Positions 1 through 8,636 of a DNA stretch of 32,000 bases are shown here, piece by piece (position 1 is the first letter of the stretch; every line of letters begins with the position of its first letter). A program made the position numbers and the translations under genes. Source of the stretch: Longivirga aurantiaca (GTDB lineage: Bacteria > Actinomycetota > Actinomycetes > S36-B12 > CAIYMF01); assembly GCF_042660085.1 (NCBI RefSeq), contig NZ_JBHSTI010000009.1:1-32000 (forward strand), written 5' to 3'. The notes beneath the pieces were generated by a model. It saw nothing but the letters and a program-made list of their open reading frames with translations. It was not told where the DNA came from and made no database searches.

Positions 1-1
1 G

Positions 2-136
2 CCGTTGACGCTGCTGCTGTTGAACCTGCTCAACTGGACGATCTTCTGGTACCGGCCGGAGATGTCGTTGTCGGGCGACCAGATCGCCGACCGGATGGTC
101 GACCTGTTCCTCAACGGCGCGGCAGCACCGGAATGA
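2..136 (+). CDS. C-terminal fragment of a TetR-family transcriptional regulator (5' truncated by window edge)
   Basis: Hand translation of frame 2 gives PLTLLLLNLLNWTIFWYRPEMSLSGDQIADRMVDLFLNGAAAPE*, typical of TetR C-termini (NWTxxWYRP...IADxxVDLFLxG). TGA at 134-136. Too short for the supplied ORF track. Confidence 0.7.
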   Translation, partial: PLTLLLLNLLNWTIFWYRPEMSLSGDQIADRMVDLFLNGAAAPE

Positions 137-250
137 CCAGCAGCCCAGTTGTGGCACTGGCACACGCACTTCGGTTGCGCTGGAACCGTTCCCGCGCCCG
201 GGGACCCCGCGGATCCGCCAGCCGACCGGTGCGGTCGGTCGGGCGCTTGG

Positions 251-279
251 TTGACAAGAGCCGTAGCGGCCAATACGTT
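251..279 (+). promoter_or_regulatory. Candidate sigma70-like promoter upstream of the BVMO gene (TTGACA-N17-TACGTT)
   Basis: TTGACA at 251-256, TACGTT at 274-279, in the only sizeable noncoding gap before the 461 CDS. Preceded by GGGCGCTTGG, a degenerate match to the window's repeated palindrome. Confidence 0.35.
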
Positions 280-460
280 CCGGCAGTAAGGCGGCCCCAC
301 CCGCGCTCGTCCGGCGCCCTGATCTCCGACGATCGGGACGGCGGCACGGTCGAGGCGTGCCGACGGCACTGAGCCAGGCTCTCCCGACCCCAAGATCCGC
401 GACACACCTCTATCCCCGCACCAACGGCCCCGGCACCGGCCCGCACCCGAAGGATCCGCC

Positions 461-2086
461 ATGACGACACAGCCCACGCAGTCCACCGACTACGACGCCA
501 TCGTCATCGGTGCCGGTCCCGTCGGTCTCTACCAGCTCCACCTGCTGAGGGAACGAGGACTCTCAGTCAGAACCCTGGAGGCAGGCAGCGGTGTGGGCGG
601 AGCCTGGTACTGGAACCGTTATCCCGGAGCGCGGTTGGACTCGGAGAGCTACACCTATCAGTACTTCTTCAATCAGGAGCTGCTCGACGAGTGGAGCTGG
701 AGCGAGGAGTTCGTCACTCAGCCCGAGCTCGAGCGCTACTACAACTTCGTGGCCGACAAGCTGGACCTGCGGCCCTCGATCGACTTCGACACCCGTGTCG
801 TGTCCACGGTGTTCGACGAATCTACCCACCGGTGGACCCTCGCAACCGAGGACGGGCGTGCCTACACCGCCAAATACGTTGTCGCAGCCACCGGAATCCT
901 CTCGGTCCCCTACACCCCGGCGATCGAGGGGCTCGACAGCTTCCAGGGTCGGATGCTGCACACCGCAGTCTGGCCGCACGAGCCGCAATCGTTCGACGGC
1001 CGGCGCGTCGCTGTCATCGGAACGGGATCAACCGGGATCCAGATCATCCAGGCGCTGGGGCCCGTCGTGGGCGAGTTGACCGTCTTCCAGCGATCAGCGA
1101 ACTGGGCGACGCCCCTGAACAACTCCCCGATCAGTGCCGAGCGGATGGCCGAGCTCCGTGCCGCCTACCCGGATATCCGCGACCGTACGCAGTCGACCTC
1201 GCAGTGCTTCAACATCGAGAGCTTGACAGAAGGCGCGCTCGACGTCTCGGAGGAGGAGCGACGGGCTCACTTCGAGAAGCTCTGGAACATGCCTGGATTG
1301 GTCTTCCTGACGCACAACTTCGCGGACGTCATGATCAACGAAGAGGCCAACGACACCGTCGTCGCCTACCTCACCGAGAAGATCAAGCAGCGCGTGAACG
1401 ACCCTGAGGTCGCACGCAAGCTCATCCCGGACCACCGTTTCGGTCAGAAGCGTCCGCCCCTCGAGGTGGGCTACTACGAGGTGTTCAACCAGGACAACGT
1501 CGAGCTCGTGAACCTGGGTGAAGAGGCGATCTTGCGCGTCACCGCGACCGGTATCCAGACCACCGAGCGCCACCTCGAGTTCGACGACATCATTCTCGCC
1601 ACCGGTTTCGATGCCCTGGCGGGATCGTTCAACAAGCTGGGCATCGTCGGTTCAGGCGGCGTCGCGCTGGAGGACTGGTGGAGCGACGGGCCGCGCACCT
1701 ACCTCGGGCTGACTGTCCACCACTTCCCGAACCTGTTCATGGTGGGCCCGCAGGGAGTGGGCGGGAACTTCCCCGCAAGCGCGAAGGGCCCCGTCGACTG
1801 GATCACCCAGACGATCGCGGACGCCGAGAGCGACGGTGTCGCGCGAATCGAGGCCACCCACTCGGCGGAGCAGGAGTGGGTCGACATGATCAACGCCACG
1901 CTGCAGATCACCGTTCTCAAGGATGCGCAGTCGTGGATCACCGGTCACAACATCCCGGGCAAGGTGAAGACGAACTTCACCGCGTACCTCATGCCCATGT
2001 TCATGTACAAGGACAAGCTCGCGAGCGTCCGTGCGAACGGGTACGAGGGGTTCGACCGCCAGGCCTCTGCAGATGCTCCGTCCTGA
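461..2086 (+). CDS. Flavin-containing Baeyer-Villiger monooxygenase (cyclohexanone monooxygenase type)
   Basis: 541 aa. Two Rossmann motifs (GAGPVG, GTGSTG) flank the BVMO fingerprint FQGRMLHTAVWP (FxGxxxHTxxWP). GVGGAWYWNRYPGARLDSESYTY is typical of CHMO/phenylacetone monooxygenases. Confidence 0.93.
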   Translation: MTTQPTQSTDYDAIVIGAGPVGLYQLHLLRERGLSVRTLEAGSGVGGAWYWNRYPGARLDSESYTYQYFFNQELLDEWSWSEEFVTQPELERYYNFVADKLDLRPSIDFDTRVVSTVFDESTHRWTLATEDGRAYTAKYVVAATGILSVPYTPAIEGLDSFQGRMLHTAVWPHEPQSFDGRRVAVIGTGSTGIQIIQALGPVVGELTVFQRSANWATPLNNSPISAERMAELRAAYPDIRDRTQSTSQCFNIESLTEGALDVSEEERRAHFEKLWNMPGLVFLTHNFADVMINEEANDTVVAYLTEKIKQRVNDPEVARKLIPDHRFGQKRPPLEVGYYEVFNQDNVELVNLGEEAILRVTATGIQTTERHLEFDDIILATGFDALAGSFNKLGIVGSGGVALEDWWSDGPRTYLGLTVHHFPNLFMVGPQGVGGNFPASAKGPVDWITQTIADAESDGVARIEATHSAEQEWVDMINATLQITVLKDAQSWITGHNIPGKVKTNFTAYLMPMFMYKDKLASVRANGYEGFDRQASADAPS

Positions 2087-2143
2087 CATGAGTGAGATCG
2101 CCACCAACCAGTCGACCGCATACCTCCCGGAAGGCAGTAGGAC

Positions 2144-3310
2144 GTGACCCGGGCAGCCATAGTCGGGATCGGACAGACGGAGTTCACCGACGGCAGCGAC
2201 CCGCGCTCGGGCCTCGAGCTCGCGGCCGAGGCGATCATCGCGGCGGCGGACGACGCCGGGATCCCCGTCTCCGACATCGACGGGATCGTGAAGTACACGC
2301 TGGACCCCTCGGCCTCCCTGGAGATGCTTTCTGCGAACCTCGGCCTGAAGGAGATGAGCTTCTTCGCGGAGACGCCGATCGGTGGCGGGGCCAACTGCAC
2401 CACGATGCAGCTCGCGGCAATGGCGGTCGAGGCGGGATACGCCCAGTACGTGGTCGGTTTCCGTGCCTTCACCTCCGTCGACTACGGCGAGGGTCTTCGT
2501 CGCAACCCCGCATGGCTCTGGGCGAGCGAGGTCGGAGTGAAGGAGGTCGCCCGTATCCACGGGTTCGGTGCGATCTCGCAGAGCTTCGCCCTTCAGGCGA
2601 CGAGGCACATGTACGAGTTCGGGACGACGGAGGCGCAGTTCGGCTCGCTCATCCAGTCGGCCACGACGTACTCGGCGAACAATCCGAACGCCCTGCGCAA
2701 GAAGCGCATCACGGTCGACGAGTACCTCCAGACGCCGTTCGTGACGTCGCCGCTCCGCGACCTCGACATCTTCCAGCCGAGTTCCGGTGCCTGTGCCGTC
2801 ATCGTGAGCACTCAGGAGCGTGCGCGTGATCTCCGGCAGAAGCCGGTGCGCATCCTTGAGGCCGTTTCCGGGTCCGCGGACAAGGTGCCTCCCTACTGGG
2901 AGCTGTGGCCGCTGCGCCGCGGCGACATCACCAACGGAGCGCCTCTGACAATCGCCCCGAAACTGTACGGCCGGGCAGGGATATCGCCCGCAGACGTGGA
3001 CGTCGCCGAGCTGTACGACTGCTTCAGCTTCACGGTCATGATGGCGCTCGAGGCCTATGGCTTCTGTGAGTACGGCGGCAGTGGTGCGTTCATCGAGGCG
3101 GGCAACATCGCCATCGACGGTGCGATCCCGGTGAACACTCACGGCGGGCACCTGGCAGAGGCATACATCCACGGCTACAACCACATCGTGGAAGCCGTGC
3201 GTCAGATTCGTGGCACCTCGTACAACCAGGTCGAGGATGCCGAGATCGCGCTGGTTACCGGCGGCCCGGGCTTCGCCTCGAGCGCCATGCTGCTGTCGAA
3301 GGACTCATGA
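2144..3310 (+). CDS. Thiolase-fold protein of the lipid-transfer/Ltp (SCP2-thiolase) type, putative acyl-CoA aldolase subunit
   Basis: 388 aa, GTG start. Thiolase-fold N-terminus MTRAAIVGIGQTEF. NEAF motif replaced by ELYDCFSF and GHP motif replaced by GGHLAEAYIHG, as in Ltp-type proteins. Directly overlaps a DUF35 gene. Confidence 0.85.
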   Translation: MTRAAIVGIGQTEFTDGSDPRSGLELAAEAIIAAADDAGIPVSDIDGIVKYTLDPSASLEMLSANLGLKEMSFFAETPIGGGANCTTMQLAAMAVEAGYAQYVVGFRAFTSVDYGEGLRRNPAWLWASEVGVKEVARIHGFGAISQSFALQATRHMYEFGTTEAQFGSLIQSATTYSANNPNALRKKRITVDEYLQTPFVTSPLRDLDIFQPSSGACAVIVSTQERARDLRQKPVRILEAVSGSADKVPPYWELWPLRRGDITNGAPLTIAPKLYGRAGISPADVDVAELYDCFSFTVMMALEAYGFCEYGGSGAFIEAGNIAIDGAIPVNTHGGHLAEAYIHGYNHIVEAVRQIRGTSYNQVEDAEIALVTGGPGFASSAMLLSKDS

Positions 3311-3732
3311 TGCGAACCAGCCTGACGCCGCGCGTCCATCCCGAGTTCGAGGGGTTCTGGGAGGGCTGCCGGGTCGGCGAACTCCGCGTCCAGCAGTGCA
3401 CGGACTGCCAGGAGGTGCGATTCCCACCGCAACCGCTCTGCCCCGCGTGCCAGTCCCGGAGGCGTCAGTGGGTGCCCGTCGCCGGGACGGGGACGGTGTA
3501 CACGTTCAGCATCAACACCGGCCAGGGCGCCGCCGGCGCCATCCTCCCGGGGGAGCACGGCTTTCCCTACGCCGTCGCTGTCATCGAGCTCGACAGCGGT
3601 CCTCGGATGTACTCCGACTTCGACACCGTCGACCTTCCGCGGCTGAAGATCGGCGCTCGGGTCCAGGTTGTGTTCGAGGACATCGGCGGAGGCATGGTCG
3701 GACCCAACTTCGTTCTGACGGACCCCTCGTGA
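3307..3732 (+). CDS. Zn-ribbon / OB-fold (DUF35) protein, partner of the upstream Ltp-like protein
   Basis: 141 aa. Rubredoxin-like CTDCQEVRFPPQPLCPACQ (CxxC...CxxC) followed by a DUF35 OB-fold region. Start codon overlaps the upstream stop. Confidence 0.88.
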   Translation: MMRTSLTPRVHPEFEGFWEGCRVGELRVQQCTDCQEVRFPPQPLCPACQSRRRQWVPVAGTGTVYTFSINTGQGAAGAILPGEHGFPYAVAVIELDSGPRMYSDFDTVDLPRLKIGARVQVVFEDIGGGMVGPNFVLTDPS

Positions 3733-3772
3733 GCCGGCCTCATCGGGCGGCACGCGGTACGGCGATCCGCCC

Positions 3773-4642
3773 ATGAAGATCGGTGTGATGGCCCTGTGCA
3801 CCGACGAGTCGGTGTCGGTCCCCGAGCTTGCGACCAGTGCGGAAAGCCGGGGGTTCCACTCCCTGTATCTGGGTGAGCACACTCACCAGCCGGTGGCGAT
3901 GGCCTCCCAGTACCCCATGGGGACGCCGCCGACGGGCATGCGGCGGATGGTCGACCCGCTCATCGCCTTGGCGGCCGCTGCGACAGTCACCACGACGATC
4001 GAGCTGGGGACTGCCGTAATGCTTCCCGCCCAGCACGATGCGCTCGTGTGCGCCAAGCAGGTCGCCACCCTGGACTTCATCTCCCGGGGTCGCGTCGTCC
4101 TCGGCGTCGGCTTCGGCTGGAACGACGAAGAGATGATGAATCACGGCGTCAATCCCAAGCGCCGGCGGGCGGCCCTGCGCGAGCACATGCTGGCGATGGA
4201 GGCGTTGTGGCGGGAGGAGTCCGCCGCTGCTGAGGGCGAGCGCGTCTCGTTCAGCGAGGCCTGGCAGTGGCCGAAGCCCTGGATGCGCGAACGACCGACG
4301 GTCCTGATGGGTGCCGCCCCTGGCCCCAACACCTACCAGCACATCGCTGAGTACTGCGACGGCTGGATGCCCGTTGCGGGCTCCGACCTCCCCCGCCAGC
4401 TCCCGCTCCTGCGCCGGGCGTTCGAGGACGCCGGCCGTGATCCGGACTCGTTGGAGGTCTGCGTCCTCGGCTGCCCGCCGGTGCCGAAGGCACTCGACAG
4501 GTACGCATCCCTCGGGGTGCAGCGGGTCATCTTCCCGCTCCCGATCCTGGAGCGAGGCAAGACCATCGACACCGTGAGCCGCGACGACGCTGAGCGGGCG
4601 ATGGACCAGCTGCAGGAACTACTCACGCACGTGTCGCCCTGA
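3773..4642 (+). CDS. LLM-class oxidoreductase, probably F420-dependent
   Basis: 289 aa luciferase-like fold: ESRGFHSLYLGEHTHQP, AAATVTTTIELGTAVMLPAQHDALVCAKQVATLDFISRGRVVLGVGFGWNDEE. Confidence 0.88.
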   Translation: MKIGVMALCTDESVSVPELATSAESRGFHSLYLGEHTHQPVAMASQYPMGTPPTGMRRMVDPLIALAAAATVTTTIELGTAVMLPAQHDALVCAKQVATLDFISRGRVVLGVGFGWNDEEMMNHGVNPKRRRAALREHMLAMEALWREESAAAEGERVSFSEAWQWPKPWMRERPTVLMGAAPGPNTYQHIAEYCDGWMPVAGSDLPRQLPLLRRAFEDAGRDPDSLEVCVLGCPPVPKALDRYASLGVQRVIFPLPILERGKTIDTVSRDDAERAMDQLQELLTHVSP

Positions 4643-4670
4643 CGGGCTTCGAGCGGAAGGTGGGCACATC

Positions 4671-5411
4671 ATGACGGACAAGGTGGCGATCGTCTCGGGT
4701 GCGAGCGGTGGCATCGGTGAAGCATGCGCGAGGGCGCTGCTGCGGAGCGGGGCCAGAGTCATGCTGGCCGACGTCACCGAGGCCGCCGGGCGGGCCGTCG
4801 CGGCCGAGTACGGGGAGGCGGCGCTCTTCATGCCCCTCGACGTCTCATCCGAGTCCGGCTGGGAAGAGGTGTGGTCTGCGGCGCGCGAGGCGTTCGGAGC
4901 GCCCACGATGCTCGTCAACGCAGCGGGCATCATCCGACGCGGCCCGATGCTCGAGGTCAGCGCTGAGGAGTTCATGGCCGTCACATCGGTCAACCAGCTG
5001 GGGACGTTCCTCGGGCTCAAGGTGGCAGGGCGCAAGATGGGTGCTTCCGGGGGCGGCTCCATCGTGAACATCGGCTCGATCGCGGCGGTCAAAGGGCTTG
5101 CGGGCTCCTTCGCCTACGGCGCCTCCAAGTGGGCGGTCCGCGGCATGACGTTCGCGGCAGCGAATGAGCTCGGCCCGTTGGGCATCCGTGTCAACTGCGT
5201 CAACCCGGGGCCGATCAGGACCGCGATGACAGCTCACTACGACGAGCGCATGTTCGCCGGGGCACCGCTTCGACGGATGGGAGACCCCGCGGAGGTCGCC
5301 GAGGTGGTGCTCTTCCTCCTGTCCGAGGGTGCCAGCTTTGTCACCGGCACCGAGCTGATGGTCGACGGCGGTGTGTCCGTCCCGGCAGCGGTGCTTCCCC
5401 CGCCGAGCTAG
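4671..5411 (+). CDS. Short-chain dehydrogenase/reductase (SDR)
   Basis: 246 aa. GASGGIG, NAAG, NIGSIAAVKG...YGASK (YxxxK), C-terminal VTGTELMVDGG. Confidence 0.93.
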   Translation: MTDKVAIVSGASGGIGEACARALLRSGARVMLADVTEAAGRAVAAEYGEAALFMPLDVSSESGWEEVWSAAREAFGAPTMLVNAAGIIRRGPMLEVSAEEFMAVTSVNQLGTFLGLKVAGRKMGASGGGSIVNIGSIAAVKGLAGSFAYGASKWAVRGMTFAAANELGPLGIRVNCVNPGPIRTAMTAHYDERMFAGAPLRRMGDPAEVAEVVLFLLSEGASFVTGTELMVDGGVSVPAAVLPPPS

Positions 5412-5468
5412 AGGTACGTCGACTCCGCATCCAGCCACAACCAGCACGCGATTCGGAAGACGAGGGAC

Positions 5469-7031
5469 ATGGCCATTCGAGTGCAGGGCAAGTACGAGGC
5501 GCTGATCCGGGAACGGGCGGCGACTGATGCCCACGACGTGTGGCTCAAGTTCCGTGACGAGACCTACTCGTGGAGCGACGTCCTTTCCGCGATGTCCCGA
5601 GTCGCCAACGGCCTGCTCGAGTTGGGCGTCCGGCCCGGGGACCGCGTCATGATCGTGATGAGCAACCGACCGGAGTTTCTCTGGTCGCACCTCGGGATCA
5701 TCATGATCGGGGCCCATTCGGTCCCGGTCAGCACGCAGCAGCGGGGCGAGACCCTCCGGCACATGATCGTCGACTCCAGGGCGAAAGCGATCCTCGTCGA
5801 GGGGGACTACCTCCCCCATGTGCTCGCAGCCTCTCAAGGTGTCGAGACGCTTCAGCACATCGTCGGACTGGGCACGGCTCCGAGCCATGCCGCGCCCGTG
5901 ACCTTTGAGCGACTCTTCGCCTCTCCCGACACCGAGCCCGACGTAGACCTTTCCGACGCGCCGGGCGGCAGTGGCTTGATCTACACGTCCGGGACGACGG
6001 GCCCGCCGAAGGGAGTCGTCGCGACCGCGTACGACTTCGGGCCGATGGAGTTGGTGCTGCGCGCCTCGGGCGTGCAGCCGGGCGAGACCATGTACGCCGC
6101 TACGCCTCTGTACCACGGCAACGCGCTCCTGGTGCAGGCCATGGGCTCGATCACGGTGGGAGCGAAGTTCGCCCTCGGGGAGCGCTTCAGCGCCTCGCGG
6201 TGGTGGGACGAGATCAGGCGCTACGACGCGGTCGAGTTCAACGCGGTAGGTGCGATGATCCCCATCCTCCTTAAGCAGCCTGCGCGATCCGACGATGCGG
6301 ACAACCCGGTGAGGGCCCTGCTGTCCATGGCCTGCCCTGCCGATTCGTGGCGAGAGTTCGAGCGTCGCTTCGGGGTCCGCATCATCGAGACCTACGGCAT
6401 GGTGGACGCGGTCGGCAGCCTCCTCAACGACGTCGGGAAGGTCGGCTCGGTGGGCAAGCCGGTTCCGGGCGTCGAGTACCGCATCGTCGATGACGAGGAC
6501 CGGGCCCTGGGTCCGGGCGAGGTCGGCGAGATCACCTTCAGACACGCCAAGGGTCAGATGACCGACTACGAGAACAGGCCTGAGGAGACGGCGCACGCCT
6601 ATCGCGGCGGCTGGTTTCACTCGGGTGATCTGGGTGAGTACGACGAGGACGGCTTCTACTACTACCGAGGCCGCAAGAAGGAGTCGATGCGTCGACGGGG
6701 GGTCAACGTCTCGGCATGGGAGATCGAGTCCGTCCTCATCAGCCACCCGGACGTTCTTGAGGTGGCCGCCCACGCGGTCCCCTCACCGCTGGGTGAGGAC
6801 GACATCAAGGTGGTCATCCGTCCCGTCGACGCCTCGACCCTCACGCCCGAGGACGTGCTCCGCTTCTGCGAAGGGCGAATGGCGTACCAGGCCATCCCCC
6901 GGTACGTGGAGTTCGTCGAGGAGGTCCCGAAGACCCCGACCCAGAGGCCGATGTACGGCGTGCTCAAGGAGCGGGGCCTGACGCCGGCCACCTGGGACCG
7001 CGAGGCAGCCGGGTTCGAGGTCCGACGATGA
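5469..7031 (+). CDS. Acyl-CoA ligase / AMP-dependent synthetase
   Basis: 520 aa. P-loop YTSGTTGPPKGV, ETYGMVDAVG, GWFHSGDLGEYDEDGFYYYRGRKKESMRRRGVNVSAWEIE. Confidence 0.95.
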   Translation: MAIRVQGKYEALIRERAATDAHDVWLKFRDETYSWSDVLSAMSRVANGLLELGVRPGDRVMIVMSNRPEFLWSHLGIIMIGAHSVPVSTQQRGETLRHMIVDSRAKAILVEGDYLPHVLAASQGVETLQHIVGLGTAPSHAAPVTFERLFASPDTEPDVDLSDAPGGSGLIYTSGTTGPPKGVVATAYDFGPMELVLRASGVQPGETMYAATPLYHGNALLVQAMGSITVGAKFALGERFSASRWWDEIRRYDAVEFNAVGAMIPILLKQPARSDDADNPVRALLSMACPADSWREFERRFGVRIIETYGMVDAVGSLLNDVGKVGSVGKPVPGVEYRIVDDEDRALGPGEVGEITFRHAKGQMTDYENRPEETAHAYRGGWFHSGDLGEYDEDGFYYYRGRKKESMRRRGVNVSAWEIESVLISHPDVLEVAAHAVPSPLGEDDIKVVIRPVDASTLTPEDVLRFCEGRMAYQAIPRYVEFVEEVPKTPTQRPMYGVLKERGLTPATWDREAAGFEVRR

Positions 7032-7092
7032 GCCGGCCGACCCTGATTCCCGTGCGTTCGCAGCCGTCCATCAACCGAGAGCAGGAGCAGTC

Positions 7093-7986
7093 ATGACTAC
7101 CTCGACCACAGGAAACTGGGGACGCTGGGGCGCCGACGACGAGCGGGGCGCCCTCAACCATCTCAGTGCCGAGACAGTGCTCGCCGCGGCCCAAAGCATC
7201 CGTACTGGCCGCGTCTACCAGCTCGGCACTGTCCTCCATCGCGAGGGACTGCCGACCCTCGCGCATCGCGGTGTCCCTCGCCGTTTCACTCTCCTGAACC
7301 ACTCGGACCGCGGGTGGTTCGAGGGCATCGGGGCGCCCCCTGAGCTCGGCTGGTCCGAAGACGTGATCATGCTGGCGACCCACTCGGGGACGCATCTGGA
7401 CGCGCTGTGCCACGTCGACCATGGCGGCGAGATGTACAACGGCTACCCCAAGGAGGGCTTCACCTCCCTCGACGGCGCAGCCAAGTGCGGGATCGAGAAG
7501 ACCGGAGCGTTCGCCGCGCGGGGAGTCCTCGTGGACGTCGCAGCCCACAAGGGCGTGCCGCTCCTGCCGCCCGTCGCCATCACGCTCGAGGACTTCCTCG
7601 AGACGCTCGAGGCGCAGGGCAGCGATGTCAGACCCGGTGACGTCGTAGCCGTGCGCACCGGTTGGCTCGAGCACTGCCTCGCCAGCGGCGGCGAGCTCGA
7701 GTTCGAGCAGCCGGGAATCGGTCTGGACGTGGCCCGGTGGCTGGCCGAGCACGACGTGACCGCGGTAGGGGCGGACAACAGCAGTGTCGAGGTGATGCCG
7801 TGGGACGGCGACGAGTTCCTGGGCACACACCTCGAGCTGCTTGTCCGCCACGGCATCTACCTGATGGAGCACCTGTGGTTGCAGGAGCTGTCACAGGATC
7901 GGCGCTACGACTTCCTCTTTTGCGTGTCACCGCTGCTCGTCAAGGGTGCGACCGGGAGCCCGGTCAATCCCATCGCGATCGGCTGA
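7093..7986 (+). CDS. Cyclase family protein (metal-dependent hydrolase, kynurenine-formamidase-like)
   Basis: 297 aa. HSGTHLDALCHV matches the HxGTHxDxxxH metal-binding motif. Also GVLVDVAAHKG and ADNSSVEVMP. Confidence 0.88.
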   Translation: MTTSTTGNWGRWGADDERGALNHLSAETVLAAAQSIRTGRVYQLGTVLHREGLPTLAHRGVPRRFTLLNHSDRGWFEGIGAPPELGWSEDVIMLATHSGTHLDALCHVDHGGEMYNGYPKEGFTSLDGAAKCGIEKTGAFAARGVLVDVAAHKGVPLLPPVAITLEDFLETLEAQGSDVRPGDVVAVRTGWLEHCLASGGELEFEQPGIGLDVARWLAEHDVTAVGADNSSVEVMPWDGDEFLGTHLELLVRHGIYLMEHLWLQELSQDRRYDFLFCVSPLLVKGATGSPVNPIAIG

Positions 7987-8029
7987 TCCGAACCCCCGAC
8001 GATCTGAACCCCAACAAGGAGCGCGGCAC

Positions 8030-8608
8030 ATGAGCAACGACAGCGCAATCGACGAGCTGCTCGCCAAGGAGCAGATTCGCTACCAGATGGCGGTGTACGC
8101 CCGCGGCATCGACCGCCGTGACGAGGAGCTCCTCAAGCAGGTGTACCACGAGGACTCGTTCGACGATCACGGCTACGGGCTCCAGGCCTCAGGCCACGTC
8201 TTCGCCACCCTCGTCCGCCGCGATGGCAACGGATTCCCGAACGAGTGGACCCAGACCGGGCACGTGCTGGGGCAGCACCTCATCGAGGTTGACGGGGATA
8301 GCGCCAGGAGCGAGGTGTACTTCAACTCTGTGCAGATCTCCGAGCACGAGGGTGAGCAGATCTTCCTGTACGCCGCTGGGCGCTACATCGACGAGTGGGA
8401 GCGCCGCAACGACGGCATCTTCCGCATCGCCAAGCGTCAGGTGATCTACGACTACGGACGCACCGACACCGTGTCGACGCCGTGGCCCGGCCCGGACCCG
8501 CAGGTACCGAAGATGTTCTGGGGAGGTCCCACGATCGACGGCTCGGCCACGGCCTTCGGCACCGGTGGCCCGGACGACCCCAGCTACCGCGTCTTCCCGC
8601 AGGGATGA
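8030..8608 (+). CDS. SnoaL-like / NTF2-fold protein
   Basis: 192 aa from the ATG at 8030 (the supplied ORF begins further upstream). IDELLAKEQIRYQMAVYARGIDRRDEELLKQVYHEDSFDDHG is typical of the SnoaL-like family. Confidence 0.8.
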   Translation: MSNDSAIDELLAKEQIRYQMAVYARGIDRRDEELLKQVYHEDSFDDHGYGLQASGHVFATLVRRDGNGFPNEWTQTGHVLGQHLIEVDGDSARSEVYFNSVQISEHEGEQIFLYAAGRYIDEWERRNDGIFRIAKRQVIYDYGRTDTVSTPWPGPDPQVPKMFWGGPTIDGSATAFGTGGPDDPSYRVFPQG

Positions 8609-8636
8609 GCCGCCAGGCTCGGGGGAGGTCACGATC

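Noticed and set aside
133-470. Supplied ORFs 111..470 and 133..372 over the region before the BVMO
   Set aside because: Basic, Arg/Pro/Ser-rich translations typical of spurious high-GC ORFs. They overlap the TetR C-terminus and a promoter-like region.
1216-1231. Operator-like CGAGAGCTTGACAG inside the BVMO gene
   Set aside because: Only 8/10 to the core and within codons of a conserved protein, so probably chance. It also cautions against over-reading the degenerate site at 240.
2088-2147. 19-codon ORF (MSEIATNQSTAYLPEGSRT) between the BVMO and the Ltp-like gene
   Set aside because: Too short, and overlaps the downstream GTG start. No supporting structure beyond an ATG and stop.
4845-6773. 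642-aa minus-strand ORF opposite the SDR and acyl-CoA ligase
   Set aside because: Antisense read-through of high-GC coding sequence, low-complexity V/D/R/H-rich. The plus strand carries clear SDR and ligase motifs.
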